A DNA stretch of 64,000 nucleotides from a virus (IMGVR_UViG_3300028591_000175:13232-77231), one strand, 5' to 3'. Positions 1-10,631 are shown, counted from the stretch's first letter. Notes: generated from the sequence alone by a model not told the origin. Program-made: numbers and translations.

Positions 1-1938
1 ACAGTTGCAACACTAGAAGAAAACTTATGGCTATTAGACGGTAGATTTATTGTGTATCAAGGCACACCAATTGACGGATATGTTTCAGAAAGTGTTTCTG
101 ATGAGAATGGAGAATTTGAAACTAATCCTAAAATAAAAGTAAACTTAGCTCACGTAAGTAATATTGAAAATTTTTCAGTAATGCTAAACCCTGCTGTACC
201 TAGCGCTTATCCAAAAAGCATTATAGTTCACTGCTATAACGCAAGTGACACAGAAGTTGCTACATTCACAGAAAGAATTGAATGGGAGGATACAAGTGGG
301 TCGCATATACTTGAAACTTTACCTTCTGTTAATTTTGAAATAAATACAAATAATATTAGTTATTTAGAAATAGAATTTGTTAAAACTAGATTTAGACACA
401 GAAGAATTCGTGTAAGTACAATAATGTTTGGTAAAACAATTTATTTAGACCAAGACGCTGTGTTAAATGTAGACTTTGATGATAAAACTTCGTACGTATG
501 TGATACGTTACCTTCAAGGACATTTAGTTTTGACGTAAACAATTATGACGGATTTTATAACATAGATAATCCAGAAAACGGTTATATAAACTTAACTCGA
601 CAAACTAGAATTAGATTTAGAAATGGATATAATGTATTTGGTTATGAATATAATCAAGACGGTACTGTAAAAATGGAAGATGAATTTGAATATACTACGG
701 TTGAACAACAAGTGTATGACGACGAAGGAAACCCAGTTGTAGACGAAGACGGAAATCCAGTTACACATTATGTAGGAGTTGCCACAGTAAAAAGAGCAAA
801 CGCTTTTCCAGTAATCAATTATGAATTAGGTGAAGGTGTTGAAATTGAATGGGATAGTTGGAAAGAATTAAGACTTATGGACGTATCAGCAAATGCAGAC
901 GAAAGTGCGACGTTTACCTGCGGTTCACTTTTAGACGTAATGGAAGAAACTTATACAACAGATATATACCCTAATGATGAGCGTAGAGTAGCCGAAATAG
1001 TAAATGACATATTAGTTTACGAAGGTTTTGATTTGAATTCAGTTGAATTTTCAACTGACGTTAATGGTACTAATTTCGGTGATTATCGTATCAATGTGCC
1101 TATTCCAGAAGTAACTTGTAAAGAAGTATTACAATTACTAGCTTTCTCAGTAGGAGCTACACTTTTAATAAAAGATAACGGACATATTAAGTTTGCTAAT
1201 TTGAATATATCAGACCCTACTACATTCACAAATTCATATACTTGGCACTATACAGATTTTGAAAGTATCCCTGCTGCAGAGCAATTAGATACAGTCAACA
1301 ATTTATCACAAATATCAATGCCAAAATATTATGCTCAGTTAGAACAAAAAGGTGATATAGATAATTTCGTAGCAAATAACTCAGCCATAACTACTGGTAA
1401 TGTATATAGTAATTGTAAAGTTATAACTACCGCCACTTGCACATCTGTAAGTAACGAGGTAACTTATAGTGACGCATATGTAATAGGAGCGAGACTTTCA
1501 GACGAAAATTCACAATCTGTTTTACAAGCTGTATCACTTGGTACTATTAGACTTTACAGTAAACGCGGACTTATTTCATTGATAGGTTTTTCAGGTGGAG
1601 AAGAAGTTAAAGTTGAAATTATAGGATACCCAATAGAAATAAAAACTATACAAGAAAGAAATGTTACAAGTGATAGTTTAGTATTAAACACACAAGTAAT
1701 GCAATATGATATAACAGTGAACAATACTTCAGAATATATTAAACGTAAATATTTAGAATGGTATAAAAAGAAATTCAAATACACATATAACGGTAGAGGA
1801 GAACCATTGGTTAACGCAGGAGATTATGGAGTAATTCAAACACAGTTTTCTGCGGAAATGCCGGTTTATATATTAAGAAACCACTGGACTTTTGATGGTA
1901 CGTGGGCAGGAGATATGGAGGTGATTGCACTTGACTAG
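1..1938 (+). CDS. Phage tail/baseplate structural protein (5'-truncated by window edge)
   Basis: Frame is open from base 1 (TVATLEENLWLLDGRF...). Beta-rich, acidic, siphophage minor-tail-like sequence lying upstream of a large fibre gene. Confidence 0.65.
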   Translation, partial: TVATLEENLWLLDGRFIVYQGTPIDGYVSESVSDENGEFETNPKIKVNLAHVSNIENFSVMLNPAVPSAYPKSIIVHCYNASDTEVATFTERIEWEDTSGSHILETLPSVNFEINTNNISYLEIEFVKTRFRHRRIRVSTIMFGKTIYLDQDAVLNVDFDDKTSYVCDTLPSRTFSFDVNNYDGFYNIDNPENGYINLTRQTRIRFRNGYNVFGYEYNQDGTVKMEDEFEYTTVEQQVYDDEGNPVVDEDGNPVTHYVGVATVKRANAFPVINYELGEGVEIEWDSWKELRLMDVSANADESATFTCGSLLDVMEETYTTDIYPNDERRVAEIVNDILVYEGFDLNSVEFSTDVNGTNFGDYRINVPIPEVTCKEVLQLLAFSVGATLLIKDNGHIKFANLNISDPTTFTNSYTWHYTDFESIPAAEQLDTVNNLSQISMPKYYAQLEQKGDIDNFVANNSAITTGNVYSNCKVITTATCTSVSNEVTYSDAYVIGARLSDENSQSVLQAVSLGTIRLYSKRGLISLIGFSGGEEVKVEIIGYPIEIKTIQERNVTSDSLVLNTQVMQYDITVNNTSEYIKRKYLEWYKKKFKYTYNGRGEPLVNAGDYGVIQTQFSAEMPVYILRNHWTFDGTWAGDMEVIALD

Positions 1939-4900
1939 AGAATGGATAGAACCAATTTATGATAGAACTTTAGGAAGTGTAAAGGCTGTCCAAATAGACC
2001 CAGACCAAGAAAATCCTAAAGGTGCTTGGAATGATACGGACTTGAACAGATTAGAGAAAAACACTGCATACTGTGCCGAATGGATGGTACAACAAAAAAT
2101 AGTACGTACTGCACCAGATATTGAAGTTTATGAAAATGATTATTGGCAAAAAAATATGGTACCTACTAAAACAGATATAGACAGAATTGTAAGTAATATA
2201 AAACAATTAGTAGATTTATCAAAAAACAATCCTGCTATTGCTGACCAATTACCTAACATATATGCAAGCGCAACACAACCTAACTATGTACTAGCCAACC
2301 AATTAGAATTTGCATTATATTTAATGCACGACCAACCAAAACTACCATTAGATTATTGGACTGTAGAAATAGCAAATGGTATTATAACACAAGTTGTTAG
2401 GGACGACGGTACAACTGAACGTATAAACGCTAGTACAGCATTAGTTGCAGAAGACGAAGTGGTAACAATAAAAGGTGTGCCATATGGTGAATATGCTCAA
2501 TATCAATCTTTTAGAGATTGGAGTGGTACAGCGCAAGATTTATTGTTACTACAACCAGATAGTGAACACCAAGAAGCTACATTCATAATGCCTTATAGAA
2601 ATGTTGCTTATAGTGCTAATTTTGAAACTCATATACCAAGAACTTTAACAATTACGAATGGTTATATTTCAGTTAGTAAAGACCCAACCGCTAGTAGTGG
2701 TCCAAGTACAGGGACATACTTTGCAGGACAAGAAATTATGATTATTGCAACAGTAGCACCATTTGGAATGGAATTTTATGAATGGCAAGGAACAGAAGAC
2801 GCTTTACGTCAAATAGTAGGTGTAACAAACGCAGAAGACCCTTCTGTATCAATACTTACAATGCCTGATTGTGACGTAGAATTAAACGCATTTTATAGAG
2901 ACGCAACAGGACATTATCTAACAGTAAATGGTGGTACAGGTGGAGGTATCTATAAATACGGTACAAACGTATATATCTCTGCTACAGTACCAAGTCATTA
3001 CAAATTTTCATATTGGTCAGGCAATACAAGTTATCTAACTGATATACACAGCTCATATGGGTCATTCAAAATGCCAGATAACGCATTAAGTTTTACCGCA
3101 CATTTTGAATATGTATATTCATATAACGAAGTACAAGTAATTGACGGTTTAATTACTGTAAATAATGCAAATGTAGCACAAGCTAGTGGATTAAGACAAA
3201 CAAATTCATATACGTTAGTGCCTACCCCACCAGATAGTTCACAAGGTATTTTGAATTGGACTATAGAAGGTCAAGGTAGTATTGGTACTGACGCATTAGG
3301 AAACCATACTAACACATTTACTGTTGGTGATGGAAACGCTATTATTACAGGACATTACGCACCAATAAGAACCATAACTGTTACTAATCAAAATAATGCT
3401 GGAGGAACTTCAGTAAATCAATTAGTACAAGGACGTAAGCAAAGATTTACAACAAGCTCATCTACTGGAGATTATAGATTTAATGGTTGGTATGAAAATG
3501 ATACAAGAATTAGTACAAGTACAACATTAGATATTACAGCTGGAGCTAATGATAGAACTATCGAAGCAAGATATGACTTTTATCCAACTTATACAGTAAC
3601 ATTAGTGAACAGAAACAACGGTGGTCAAACTACTACTTCACGAGTTTTATCAGGAAATTATTGGAGTAGTTCGACTAATGAAGAAGTGGGAGATTACTTA
3701 TTTGTAAGGTGGTTAAAAGACGGAAATCAAGTAAGCACTTCTACAAGTTATGGATTTTATGTATCAGGTGATACTACTATTACAGTTGAATATAGACCAA
3801 AAGAAACATATCATTTAACTGTTGTAAATGGCACAGGCTCAGGAGATTATAAAGAAAGACAATCTGTAAATATTTCAGCAGATACAAGTTTGGGAGACTT
3901 TTCAAATTGGTCTACTTCTAGTATTTATAGTATTGGAAATTCATATAGTGCTAATACTACAGTTAAATTAGGTAGAGCAGACGGTACGGTTACAGCTAAT
4001 TATAATATGAGAAAAATCACAGTAATAACTAATTCAGGAAGTAACACATATAACGTAAGGCAAGGTGATTATATAACAGTAAATTCTGGTACAGCTCCAG
4101 ATACATACGAATTTAATCATTGGTCATTAACTTCTGGAGACGCAGAAATTGCTAATACAAACTCATCTTCAACCAGAGTGTATGCAAGAACAAGTGATAG
4201 TACGATAACGTGTAATTATTCCGCTATCCCTTGGTTTACTGTAACAATGGTTGACGGTGAACTTCAAAATGGAGATACTTGGGTAAATAGCGCAACAATT
4301 TTACGTGATTCATTAAATAACATCAGAGTAAAACAAGGTGCTGTACCTTATGGTCATCAATTCTTACAATGGGAAATTTATATAAACGGTGTATTACAAA
4401 CAACTACTCAATATGTTGAAATTTATAGCCCATTAGCAGAAACAACAAGGCTTTCAAAATTGAGAAGTGATTGTACGATTAAAGCCACATTCTATGTACC
4501 AGACACAACTCAACAACGTACACTTACCGTACACAGAAAAGACGGTTCAACTACTCAATATACAAGACCTATTGGAGACCAAGTAACGGTACACGCAAGT
4601 TACCCAGACCAAGGTAAAGAGTTTTATGAATGGACTGGAGATTTAGCTTATGCTAGTACAAGTGCTTTAGTAACACCTATTCAAATGACAATACCTTCTG
4701 TGAATATTGAAATTACAGAAAACTATATTGACGAAGGAGCTAGACCAAAAGTAACCTTACATAGGTCAGGTATATATGGAGAAATGAAATACACAACTTC
4801 TTCTACTGACCCAGATACAGGAGAAGAAACTATAACTGAACATTGGACGTCAGAGCCTCACGATTACTATGTTGGAGACGAAGTAGAAATCAGAATGACT

Positions 4901-5797
4901 GCATATCCAAACGAATATTACTTCGGTGGTTGGTCTGCATACACATATTCTTCAGAAGAAGATTTGACAGATATTATAAGTAGAACTAACCCACCAGATT
5001 TTCCACATACCACAACATTAACTATGCCAAAAGTAGCAACTGTATTTGAAGGTGGTCTTGTTAGAAAAGGTGACGTACAAATTGTATTAGAAGATGGTTT
5101 GACTGGTCTTGACCAAACGACAGCTACAGTGTATGAAGGTAAAAAGGTGGATATTAGATTTGGTAAAGAAGATACTTCTACTGTTAAATACACATTCACA
5201 AGATGGACGGTACTTCCTGGAAGTTACACACCAATTACTCAAATTGAATTATGGGACGGAGGTATGTTCAACCCTCTTGTACCAGGTACTTATGATAATC
5301 CAATTTATATTAAAATGCCGGCTACAGCAGTAGGATTAAAAGCTAATTATATATCTTCATATAAATTAAGTTTATCAAATGCTACGATTGACGACACAGG
5401 AGAAACTTCTGGATTTTATGAAGCTGGTGAAACGGTTAATATCACAGCAGATACAATTTCAGGAATGACATTCCAATACTGGGAGGGAGACACAGACACA
5501 ATCGCAAATATATATGACCCAACTACAACCGTCACAACAGTAGCAGGTTCGACAACATTACGTGCTGTATATTCAACAGATAGTGAACGAAATGACATTG
5601 GTTACACAGCATTAAGTTTAAGTGATAGCACTACAGTTGATAACGCAAATATAAATGTAATTTCAGGAACTATTCAAAATGGATTTATATTAACAGATAG
5701 TGTCGGACATATCTACGTAATAGTGAATATAAATAATAACATAAGTACAATCGTGAGATTAACTAAGATAGATAGAGGAGGTAATATTTATGGCTAA
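1925..5797 (+). CDS. Large tail/receptor-binding protein with tandem divergent InlB B-repeat (Flg_new-like) domains
   Basis: 1290 aa with repeated modules of the type LTVxxGxGxGxYxxGxxVxIxA...FxxWxG...xxMPxxxxxxxA. Likely start is TTG at 1931 after GGAGGTG. Confidence 0.7.
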   Translation: MHLTREWIEPIYDRTLGSVKAVQIDPDQENPKGAWNDTDLNRLEKNTAYCAEWMVQQKIVRTAPDIEVYENDYWQKNMVPTKTDIDRIVSNIKQLVDLSKNNPAIADQLPNIYASATQPNYVLANQLEFALYLMHDQPKLPLDYWTVEIANGIITQVVRDDGTTERINASTALVAEDEVVTIKGVPYGEYAQYQSFRDWSGTAQDLLLLQPDSEHQEATFIMPYRNVAYSANFETHIPRTLTITNGYISVSKDPTASSGPSTGTYFAGQEIMIIATVAPFGMEFYEWQGTEDALRQIVGVTNAEDPSVSILTMPDCDVELNAFYRDATGHYLTVNGGTGGGIYKYGTNVYISATVPSHYKFSYWSGNTSYLTDIHSSYGSFKMPDNALSFTAHFEYVYSYNEVQVIDGLITVNNANVAQASGLRQTNSYTLVPTPPDSSQGILNWTIEGQGSIGTDALGNHTNTFTVGDGNAIITGHYAPIRTITVTNQNNAGGTSVNQLVQGRKQRFTTSSSTGDYRFNGWYENDTRISTSTTLDITAGANDRTIEARYDFYPTYTVTLVNRNNGGQTTTSRVLSGNYWSSSTNEEVGDYLFVRWLKDGNQVSTSTSYGFYVSGDTTITVEYRPKETYHLTVVNGTGSGDYKERQSVNISADTSLGDFSNWSTSSIYSIGNSYSANTTVKLGRADGTVTANYNMRKITVITNSGSNTYNVRQGDYITVNSGTAPDTYEFNHWSLTSGDAEIANTNSSSTRVYARTSDSTITCNYSAIPWFTVTMVDGELQNGDTWVNSATILRDSLNNIRVKQGAVPYGHQFLQWEIYINGVLQTTTQYVEIYSPLAETTRLSKLRSDCTIKATFYVPDTTQQRTLTVHRKDGSTTQYTRPIGDQVTVHASYPDQGKEFYEWTGDLAYASTSALVTPIQMTIPSVNIEITENYIDEGARPKVTLHRSGIYGEMKYTTSSTDPDTGEETITEHWTSEPHDYYVGDEVEIRMTAYPNEYYFGGWSAYTYSSEEDLTDIISRTNPPDFPHTTTLTMPKVATVFEGGLVRKGDVQIVLEDGLTGLDQTTATVYEGKKVDIRFGKEDTSTVKYTFTRWTVLPGSYTPITQIELWDGGMFNPLVPGTYDNPIYIKMPATAVGLKANYISSYKLSLSNATIDDTGETSGFYEAGETVNITADTISGMTFQYWEGDTDTIANIYDPTTTVTTVAGSTTLRAVYSTDSERNDIGYTALSLSDSTTVDNANINVISGTIQNGFILTDSVGHIYVIVNINNNISTIVRLTKIDRGGNIYG

Positions 5798-6050
5798 TAA
5801 TATAGGTACAATAAGTACAACAAAATTATCAAGAACGATAGGTAATTCAACAACGATTACAGACGCTTCACAATTAACGGCTATTTCAGGATTTGTTGAT
5901 GTAGGATTTATGGGATTTGACGCAGACGGGACAATGGGGATATGCACCTCCTTCACCCGTGACCAACAAGACAACCCAACTTATGTTTTCAGAACTTGTA
6001 GTTTGAATACAGAAATTGACATTCAAAATATTTTGGCACAAAGTTATTAA
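5790..6050 (+). CDS. Small tail-associated hypothetical protein
   Basis: RBS GGAGG; overlaps the stop of the fibre gene. Confidence 0.55.
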   Translation: MANNIGTISTTKLSRTIGNSTTITDASQLTAISGFVDVGFMGFDADGTMGICTSFTRDQQDNPTYVFRTCSLNTEIDIQNILAQSY

Positions 6051-6447
6051 AAAGTGAACAGAAAATTGTCCAATTTTGGAAAGTTAAAATTAAAAATCTT
6101 AAAAATGATTTCTACCTACATATTTTATGATTATGTAACCTAAACGACGCGCCAGAATAGCCGTAAATCGTTTTTATATGTTAGAATAATAAAGTTATAC
6201 TCCTAAAGGGTAAAATCGCTGTATGGGCATTTTAGAGCGTTATAACACCATATGGCTGTTTTACCCCTATTTTTTATACTGTTTGTCAGAATTTTGACAG
6301 GGTTCGACAAAAAATGACAAGCTACGACAACAAAAAGTGAACAGAAATCAGATTGAGTCATTCTAAGACTCATCTCTGCGTCTTAAAACGGTCCGTCCAA
6401 AAACTGTTCACTTTCTCATTAAATGATTATAAAATGGGGGAATTAAA

Positions 6448-6900
6448 ATGAGTAGTAATAAAAATGCGAAGCAAGAATTGATAAGAAGATATGGAGCAGA
6501 ATGTTTTATTGAAAAATTACATTTGAGAAAAGATACTACACCCAGAAGATACACAAGCAAAGGTCAAAAGAAACGAATGAAACAATTAACATATCATCAT
6601 ATAAGAATGAAAAAGGACGGAGGAAAAGCTACAGTTGAAAATGGAGCATTACTATCCGCAGAAAATCATTCGTGGTTTCACCAACAAAGTCCCCAAGCAC
6701 AAGGATATATGAACGCAATATTTCAAGAATATAAAAAACAAGTAGATGAATGCACAGTTGTATTTGTAGACGAATTGGATTTACCATTTGAAGTTAGAGC
6801 TATAGATTTTAGTATTGATGAGAGAGGAAGATTTAATCGTGCAAAAGAAAAAAGAGAGACACAAAAAATTATAGACGAATATTATGACCAAGAAAAATGA
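6448..6900 (+). CDS. HNH-family endonuclease-like protein
   Basis: TYHHIRMKKDGGKATVENGALLSAENHSWFH fits the HNH pattern. Confidence 0.65.
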   Translation: MSSNKNAKQELIRRYGAECFIEKLHLRKDTTPRRYTSKGQKKRMKQLTYHHIRMKKDGGKATVENGALLSAENHSWFHQQSPQAQGYMNAIFQEYKKQVDECTVVFVDELDLPFEVRAIDFSIDERGRFNRAKEKRETQKIIDEYYDQEK

Positions 6901-6923
6901 TACCGGCTTTTACACCGGTATCA
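6898..6923. terminator. Probable bidirectional terminator between convergent genes
   Basis: Inverted repeat TGATACCGG-N8-CCGGTATCA with A/T-rich flanks. Confidence 0.65.
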
Positions 6924-6931
6924 AATTTATA

Positions 6932-7366
6932 TTAAGCAAGAGTTAACCATACATTTCTAAAGTTATTGTTTGTTTTGATTTCCATATTAACTTTAGTTCC
7001 TACTAATGAATAAGCGTTATCTGTTATAACTGCAATATCATTGCTACTAACGTCTACACCTAATTCTTTTAATTGAGACACAGTTCTAGCAATAGCTGAA
7101 CGTGTTTTTTCTAAATTTTCTCCAGCTAGCATTAAGTGTCTAAATTCTTTCTTTCCACCTTCAACTGCTACTGTAATACTAATCATAGGTTTACCACTAT
7201 TTTTTGAATTTTTAGCTTCAACCTTTTCGATTTCTCCTACATATTCTCCGTCTGCAAGATTTTCAAAATTGTTTGTGTAGTCTTCTATTTTATCTACTCC
7301 ACCCATTTCTTTGAAAATTGCATTTAATTCTGATAAATCTTCTTTGTCAATTCCGTTGTTTGCCAT
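6932..7366 (-). CDS. DUF669-like single-stranded DNA-binding protein
   Basis: FENLADGEYVGEIEKVEAKNSKNSGKPMISIT motif; adjacent to the Sak4-like ATPase. Confidence 0.65.
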   Translation of the reverse strand: MANNGIDKEDLSELNAIFKEMGGVDKIEDYTNNFENLADGEYVGEIEKVEAKNSKNSGKPMISITVAVEGGKKEFRHLMLAGENLEKTRSAIARTVSQLKELGVDVSSNDIAVITDNAYSLVGTKVNMEIKTNNNFRNVWLTLA

Positions 7367-7393
7367 AATTACATTCCTCCTTAAAAATATTTA

Positions 7394-8134
7394 TTAACCT
7401 ATAACTGAACGTCTTTTAGGTTTTTCTTCAGCTTCTGCTGGTTTAGCTGTATCAGCCACTGTGTCTTTTTCACCACGTACGATTTTTTCTGCGTCATATA
7501 ATTTTTTGAAGTTTTCGTCAAAATCTTTTTTAGTAAGTGGGATTGCTGTTTTCTTTATTGGTAATCTCGAACCACCAAACTCGTCATCAGAATTTGAAAT
7601 GTGTAATTCGTATTTTGCTGTACCATCTTCACTTATTGATTTAACTGTTCTAGCAATTATACCCATAAGTCCTGACATTTGGTCTCTAAGTTTTTCTTCA
7701 AATACTGGTTGGAATTTAGAGATTTCTCTACCGAATTTATTTTTCTCTATAATTTCTTGCTCGTGTGAGATAAACATTACATTATCAAAAGCATTTGCAA
7801 TAGAGAATATACTTTCCCATAAGAAACTTCTAAGCATTGTATAACCTTTATAAGCAATTTCTGATTCGTGTTCAACACCATTCTTATCACACCAATAAAA
7901 TCTTAAATAGTCAATTAAGTATGAAGTTGTATCTACTATTACCCATTCAGGTTTTATTGTTTTTAATTTTGCAATAGCGTCATTTAACTCTTTATAGTTT
8001 CTAACTCTTAATATTTTATCAGGAGCAAATGTGTATTCTGCGTTACCGTCAGTTGAGATAATATACGCATTTTCAAATTGACTTGCGAATGTTGTCTTAC
8101 CAGACATTACCTTACCATAAATCCATAATTTCAT
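7394..8134 (-). CDS. AAA_24 / Sak4-like ssDNA-annealing ATPase
   Basis: Walker A GKVMSGKT, Walker B VIVDT, and an FISHE motif. Confidence 0.8.
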   Translation of the reverse strand: MKLWIYGKVMSGKTTFASQFENAYIISTDGNAEYTFAPDKILRVRNYKELNDAIAKLKTIKPEWVIVDTTSYLIDYLRFYWCDKNGVEHESEIAYKGYTMLRSFLWESIFSIANAFDNVMFISHEQEIIEKNKFGREISKFQPVFEEKLRDQMSGLMGIIARTVKSISEDGTAKYELHISNSDDEFGGSRLPIKKTAIPLTKKDFDENFKKLYDAEKIVRGEKDTVADTAKPAEAEEKPKRRSVIG

Positions 8135-8277
8135 ATCCTGTATCCTCCTTTCTATTAAATTAAAAATAGACCTCTTTGAAGGTCTACAGGATTATTTATA
8201 TCAGTAAAAAATTACTAACTATTCTGTTATTGCGTTTAATCCTGTAAACGACTTACTTGTTCTCTATTTATGTTTGT

Positions 8278-8306
8278 ATTATATATTATAAAAAATAAAA
8301 AGTCAA
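8278..8306 (-). promoter_or_regulatory. SigA-type promoter TTGACT-N17-TATAAT for the Sak4/SSB genes
   Basis: Near-consensus hexamers with 17-nt spacing; the -35 lies in one arm of an inverted repeat (AAAAAGTCAATA/TATTGACTTTTT). Confidence 0.65.
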
Positions 8307-8329
8307 TACCTTTATTGACTTTTTCTAAA

Positions 8330-9177
8330 TTATTTTATTTCACTTAATCTACGTCTAACCTCATTAAATAAAAATGCTAGAAAGTTGCTACTTACACCTA
8401 GTTTTTCTCTATAATATCCTGGGTCAGTATCTGGAATATTTATATTAAATCCATAAGCACCAAACCCTACGACACCAACTAATAAATCTCGGCTAGTAAT
8501 ACCTCTTTGATGAGTACCAAAATCATTAGGATTGTATGCAAATAATACGTCATATTGTGAATATTCTTCTTCTATTTGAATATTCATAAATAGACTACCT
8601 CCATTAAGTAATGCCGCGACAATAATACTAGCGTAGCCGTCAATTTTATTTTTTATTTCTTCGTCTATTTCCACCATTGTTATCCTCCTTTTTTAATTTG
8701 GTTACTCTACCACCAACGATATAATTTCCTGTTTCGGTACGGGGTACATAAATACTCCCTGACTTTTTTAGGTCACGTTTCTTTCTTAAAAATCCTTGCA
8801 ATTTCATATACATTTTATAGGCTTGCGCTGGTGTTGCGTCAAAAAATTCAATTTTATGAAGCATATCAACAATTCGTCTATCATATTGTGAAATTAGTTC
8901 GTTGTTATTCTTTAGTTTTTCTTTTTCTGAATATACAACACCAGGAGTTTTATTTATCCTGTTCACTTGTATTATCCTCCTCTAATTTTAATGGCTCGTC
9001 TGGATACAAATTATTATATCTATTAACTTGCTCCTTAATTGCTTCGCCCATTTGTTCCCAAAATTTTTTATCTTCTCTGTTTCTTCTGATTTGACATATT
9101 AACATATGTACTAATACTACAATTTGTAATACTAATAAAGCAATTAACAAAAATTTTATAGTTAAATCAACCATCAT
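8330..9177 (-). CDS. Three small hypothetical proteins (8330-8677, 8646-8966, 8950-9177; the last has an N-terminal TM helix)
   Basis: Overlapping, translationally coupled ORFs with GGAG/GAGG RBSs. Confidence 0.55.
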
Positions 9178-9202
9178 TTTACCTCTTTTCTATATAAGGA
9201 GT

Positions 9203-9535
9203 ATGGCGGTTTTATCGTTTATTCCGCCTGCAACCCCGCCACCTGAAGCGACGTAGAGGTCACGCTGTGCGCCTCCGTATGGGACCGTTATCACGACGCC
9301 AGCCAACAAAGATAGTGCCTGTGTGGAAGAACACTTATCTGCCCATCTTCAATATGGAGCTACCATATTCCTCGTGCGTCACAGGGGCTATTCCCTAGAA
9401 CAGAAATGTGACGTCTCGCTACTAGCCACGCTAAACTCCCTTTTGTTAACGTCACTAGGGACCAGCTGACGTGCATAGATAAATATGCAATCTAAGCAAT
9501 ACACTTGCCCCTCTACTTTTACTTAGGCGGAATAG
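9203..9535 (-). ncRNA. Candidate large structured ncRNA (about 330 nt), family unknown
   Basis: ORF-free and GC-elevated; closed by TATTCCGCCT/AGGCGGAATA with many nested helices. Confidence 0.6.
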
Positions 9536-9573
9536 TGCGAATCTTCTCCAAGGGTTTATGGTTTTCCTTCCAA

Positions 9574-9660
9574 TGGCGCCGTGGTGAGGTGTCGAACCCC
9601 CACGCTTTCACGTGTACGTGCTTTCAAGGCACGGTGTGACTAGCCGGTCACAACCACGGC
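9574..9660 (-). tRNA. tRNA-Ser(UGA) with non-canonical 8/4-type fold
   Basis: Anticodon arm CGTGC-CTTGAAA-GCACG, long variable arm, G discriminator, encoded CCA. Confidence 0.8.
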
Positions 9661-9763
9661 ATAAATGAGGCGAGTTGAGGGTCTATACCCCGAGATTACC
9701 TACCCTCTTTCATTCATAATATTATATCCTAGAATTCAATTATGAATATATCGGGATACTCGC

Positions 9764-9839
9764 TGGTGGGTCGTGTTGGACTCGAACCAACTACCCTTAC
9801 ATTAAAAGTGTAATGCTCTACCTGATGAGCTAACGACCC
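9764..9839 (-). tRNA. tRNA-Lys(UUU)
   Basis: Cloverleaf with TTACA-CTTTTAA-TGTAA, GTTCGAGTC T-loop and CCA. Confidence 0.93.
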
Positions 9840-9914
9840 ATATACAATAGAGAACAGTCAAACTCTATCACCCATACCAGTATCTATGTGGATACATAAA
9901 TCGACTGTTTTTAA

Positions 9915-10001
9915 TGGTGGGCGGAGAGGGTATCGAACCCACTCGGGCCGTTAGACACGAGATTTACAGTCTCGCCCCGCTCCTTACGGGTCTACCCGCC
10001 C
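9915..10001 (-). tRNA. tRNA-Tyr(GUA)
   Basis: CGAGA-CTGTAAA-TCTCG, variable arm, CCA. Confidence 0.9.
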
Positions 10002-10006
10002 ATATA

Positions 10007-10521
10007 TTAACAAAGACCAAACTCTTTGCGTTTTTTATTTATAACTTCAACTACGTCTCTAACAGTTTCTTCTTCATATTGTTCTCTCCAGATTTTTTCA
10101 CGTTTCCAGAAATGCTCTGCGTTTATAGTTTCACAAACACCGATACAATATATAGCTGTTTTCATACTCCAGCAACCGTCACAAGCTCGTTGATTACACC
10201 AATCTACAAATTCTTTATATTTCATTTTTTTATTTCCTCTAACTTTTTTATTAACTCGTCTATATCGTCGTCAGTGATACAAATTTCACATAGTCTATAT
10301 TCTTTACCTCTAATTGCAAACCATATCATTTTAAGTCTCTTTTTGAATTTATCCCACATTTTGTCTTGCTCACTATAAAATTTTGAAGTTGTAATTGTAA
10401 TATAATAGTCATTAGGTAGTCCTACCTCTTTATATTTTGTTACATAAATACCTTCATTACAACCACAGTCGCAATTAACTATGACTAATTTTTCTTTCTT
10501 TGTTTCTCCTGATACTACCAT
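10007..10521 (-). CDS. Two small Cys-containing hypothetical proteins (10007-10225, 10222-10521)
   Basis: RBS GGAGG and an ATGA-type overlap; inserted in the tRNA cluster. Confidence 0.55.
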
Positions 10522-10541
10522 AATAACCTCCTAAAAATTAT

Positions 10542-10631
10542 TGGCGGTGACGGTAGGATTTGAACCTACGGTACGTTTCCGTACGCCGCGTTAGCAGTGC
10601 GGTGCATTAAACCAAGCTCTGCCACGTCACC
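10542..10631 (-). tRNA. tRNA-Ser(GCU)
   Basis: CCGCA-CTGCTAA-CGCGG, long variable arm, GCCA end. Confidence 0.92.

Noticed and set aside
517-4450. AGG as an obligatory +1 shift codon
   Set aside because: AGG occurs in frame in intact tail genes followed by A, G, T or C (517, 2399, 3707, 4058, 4448), so it must be readable as Arg.
9574-9660. Selenocysteine tRNA
   Set aside because: The anticodon is UGA (Ser), not UCA, and no sel genes were seen.
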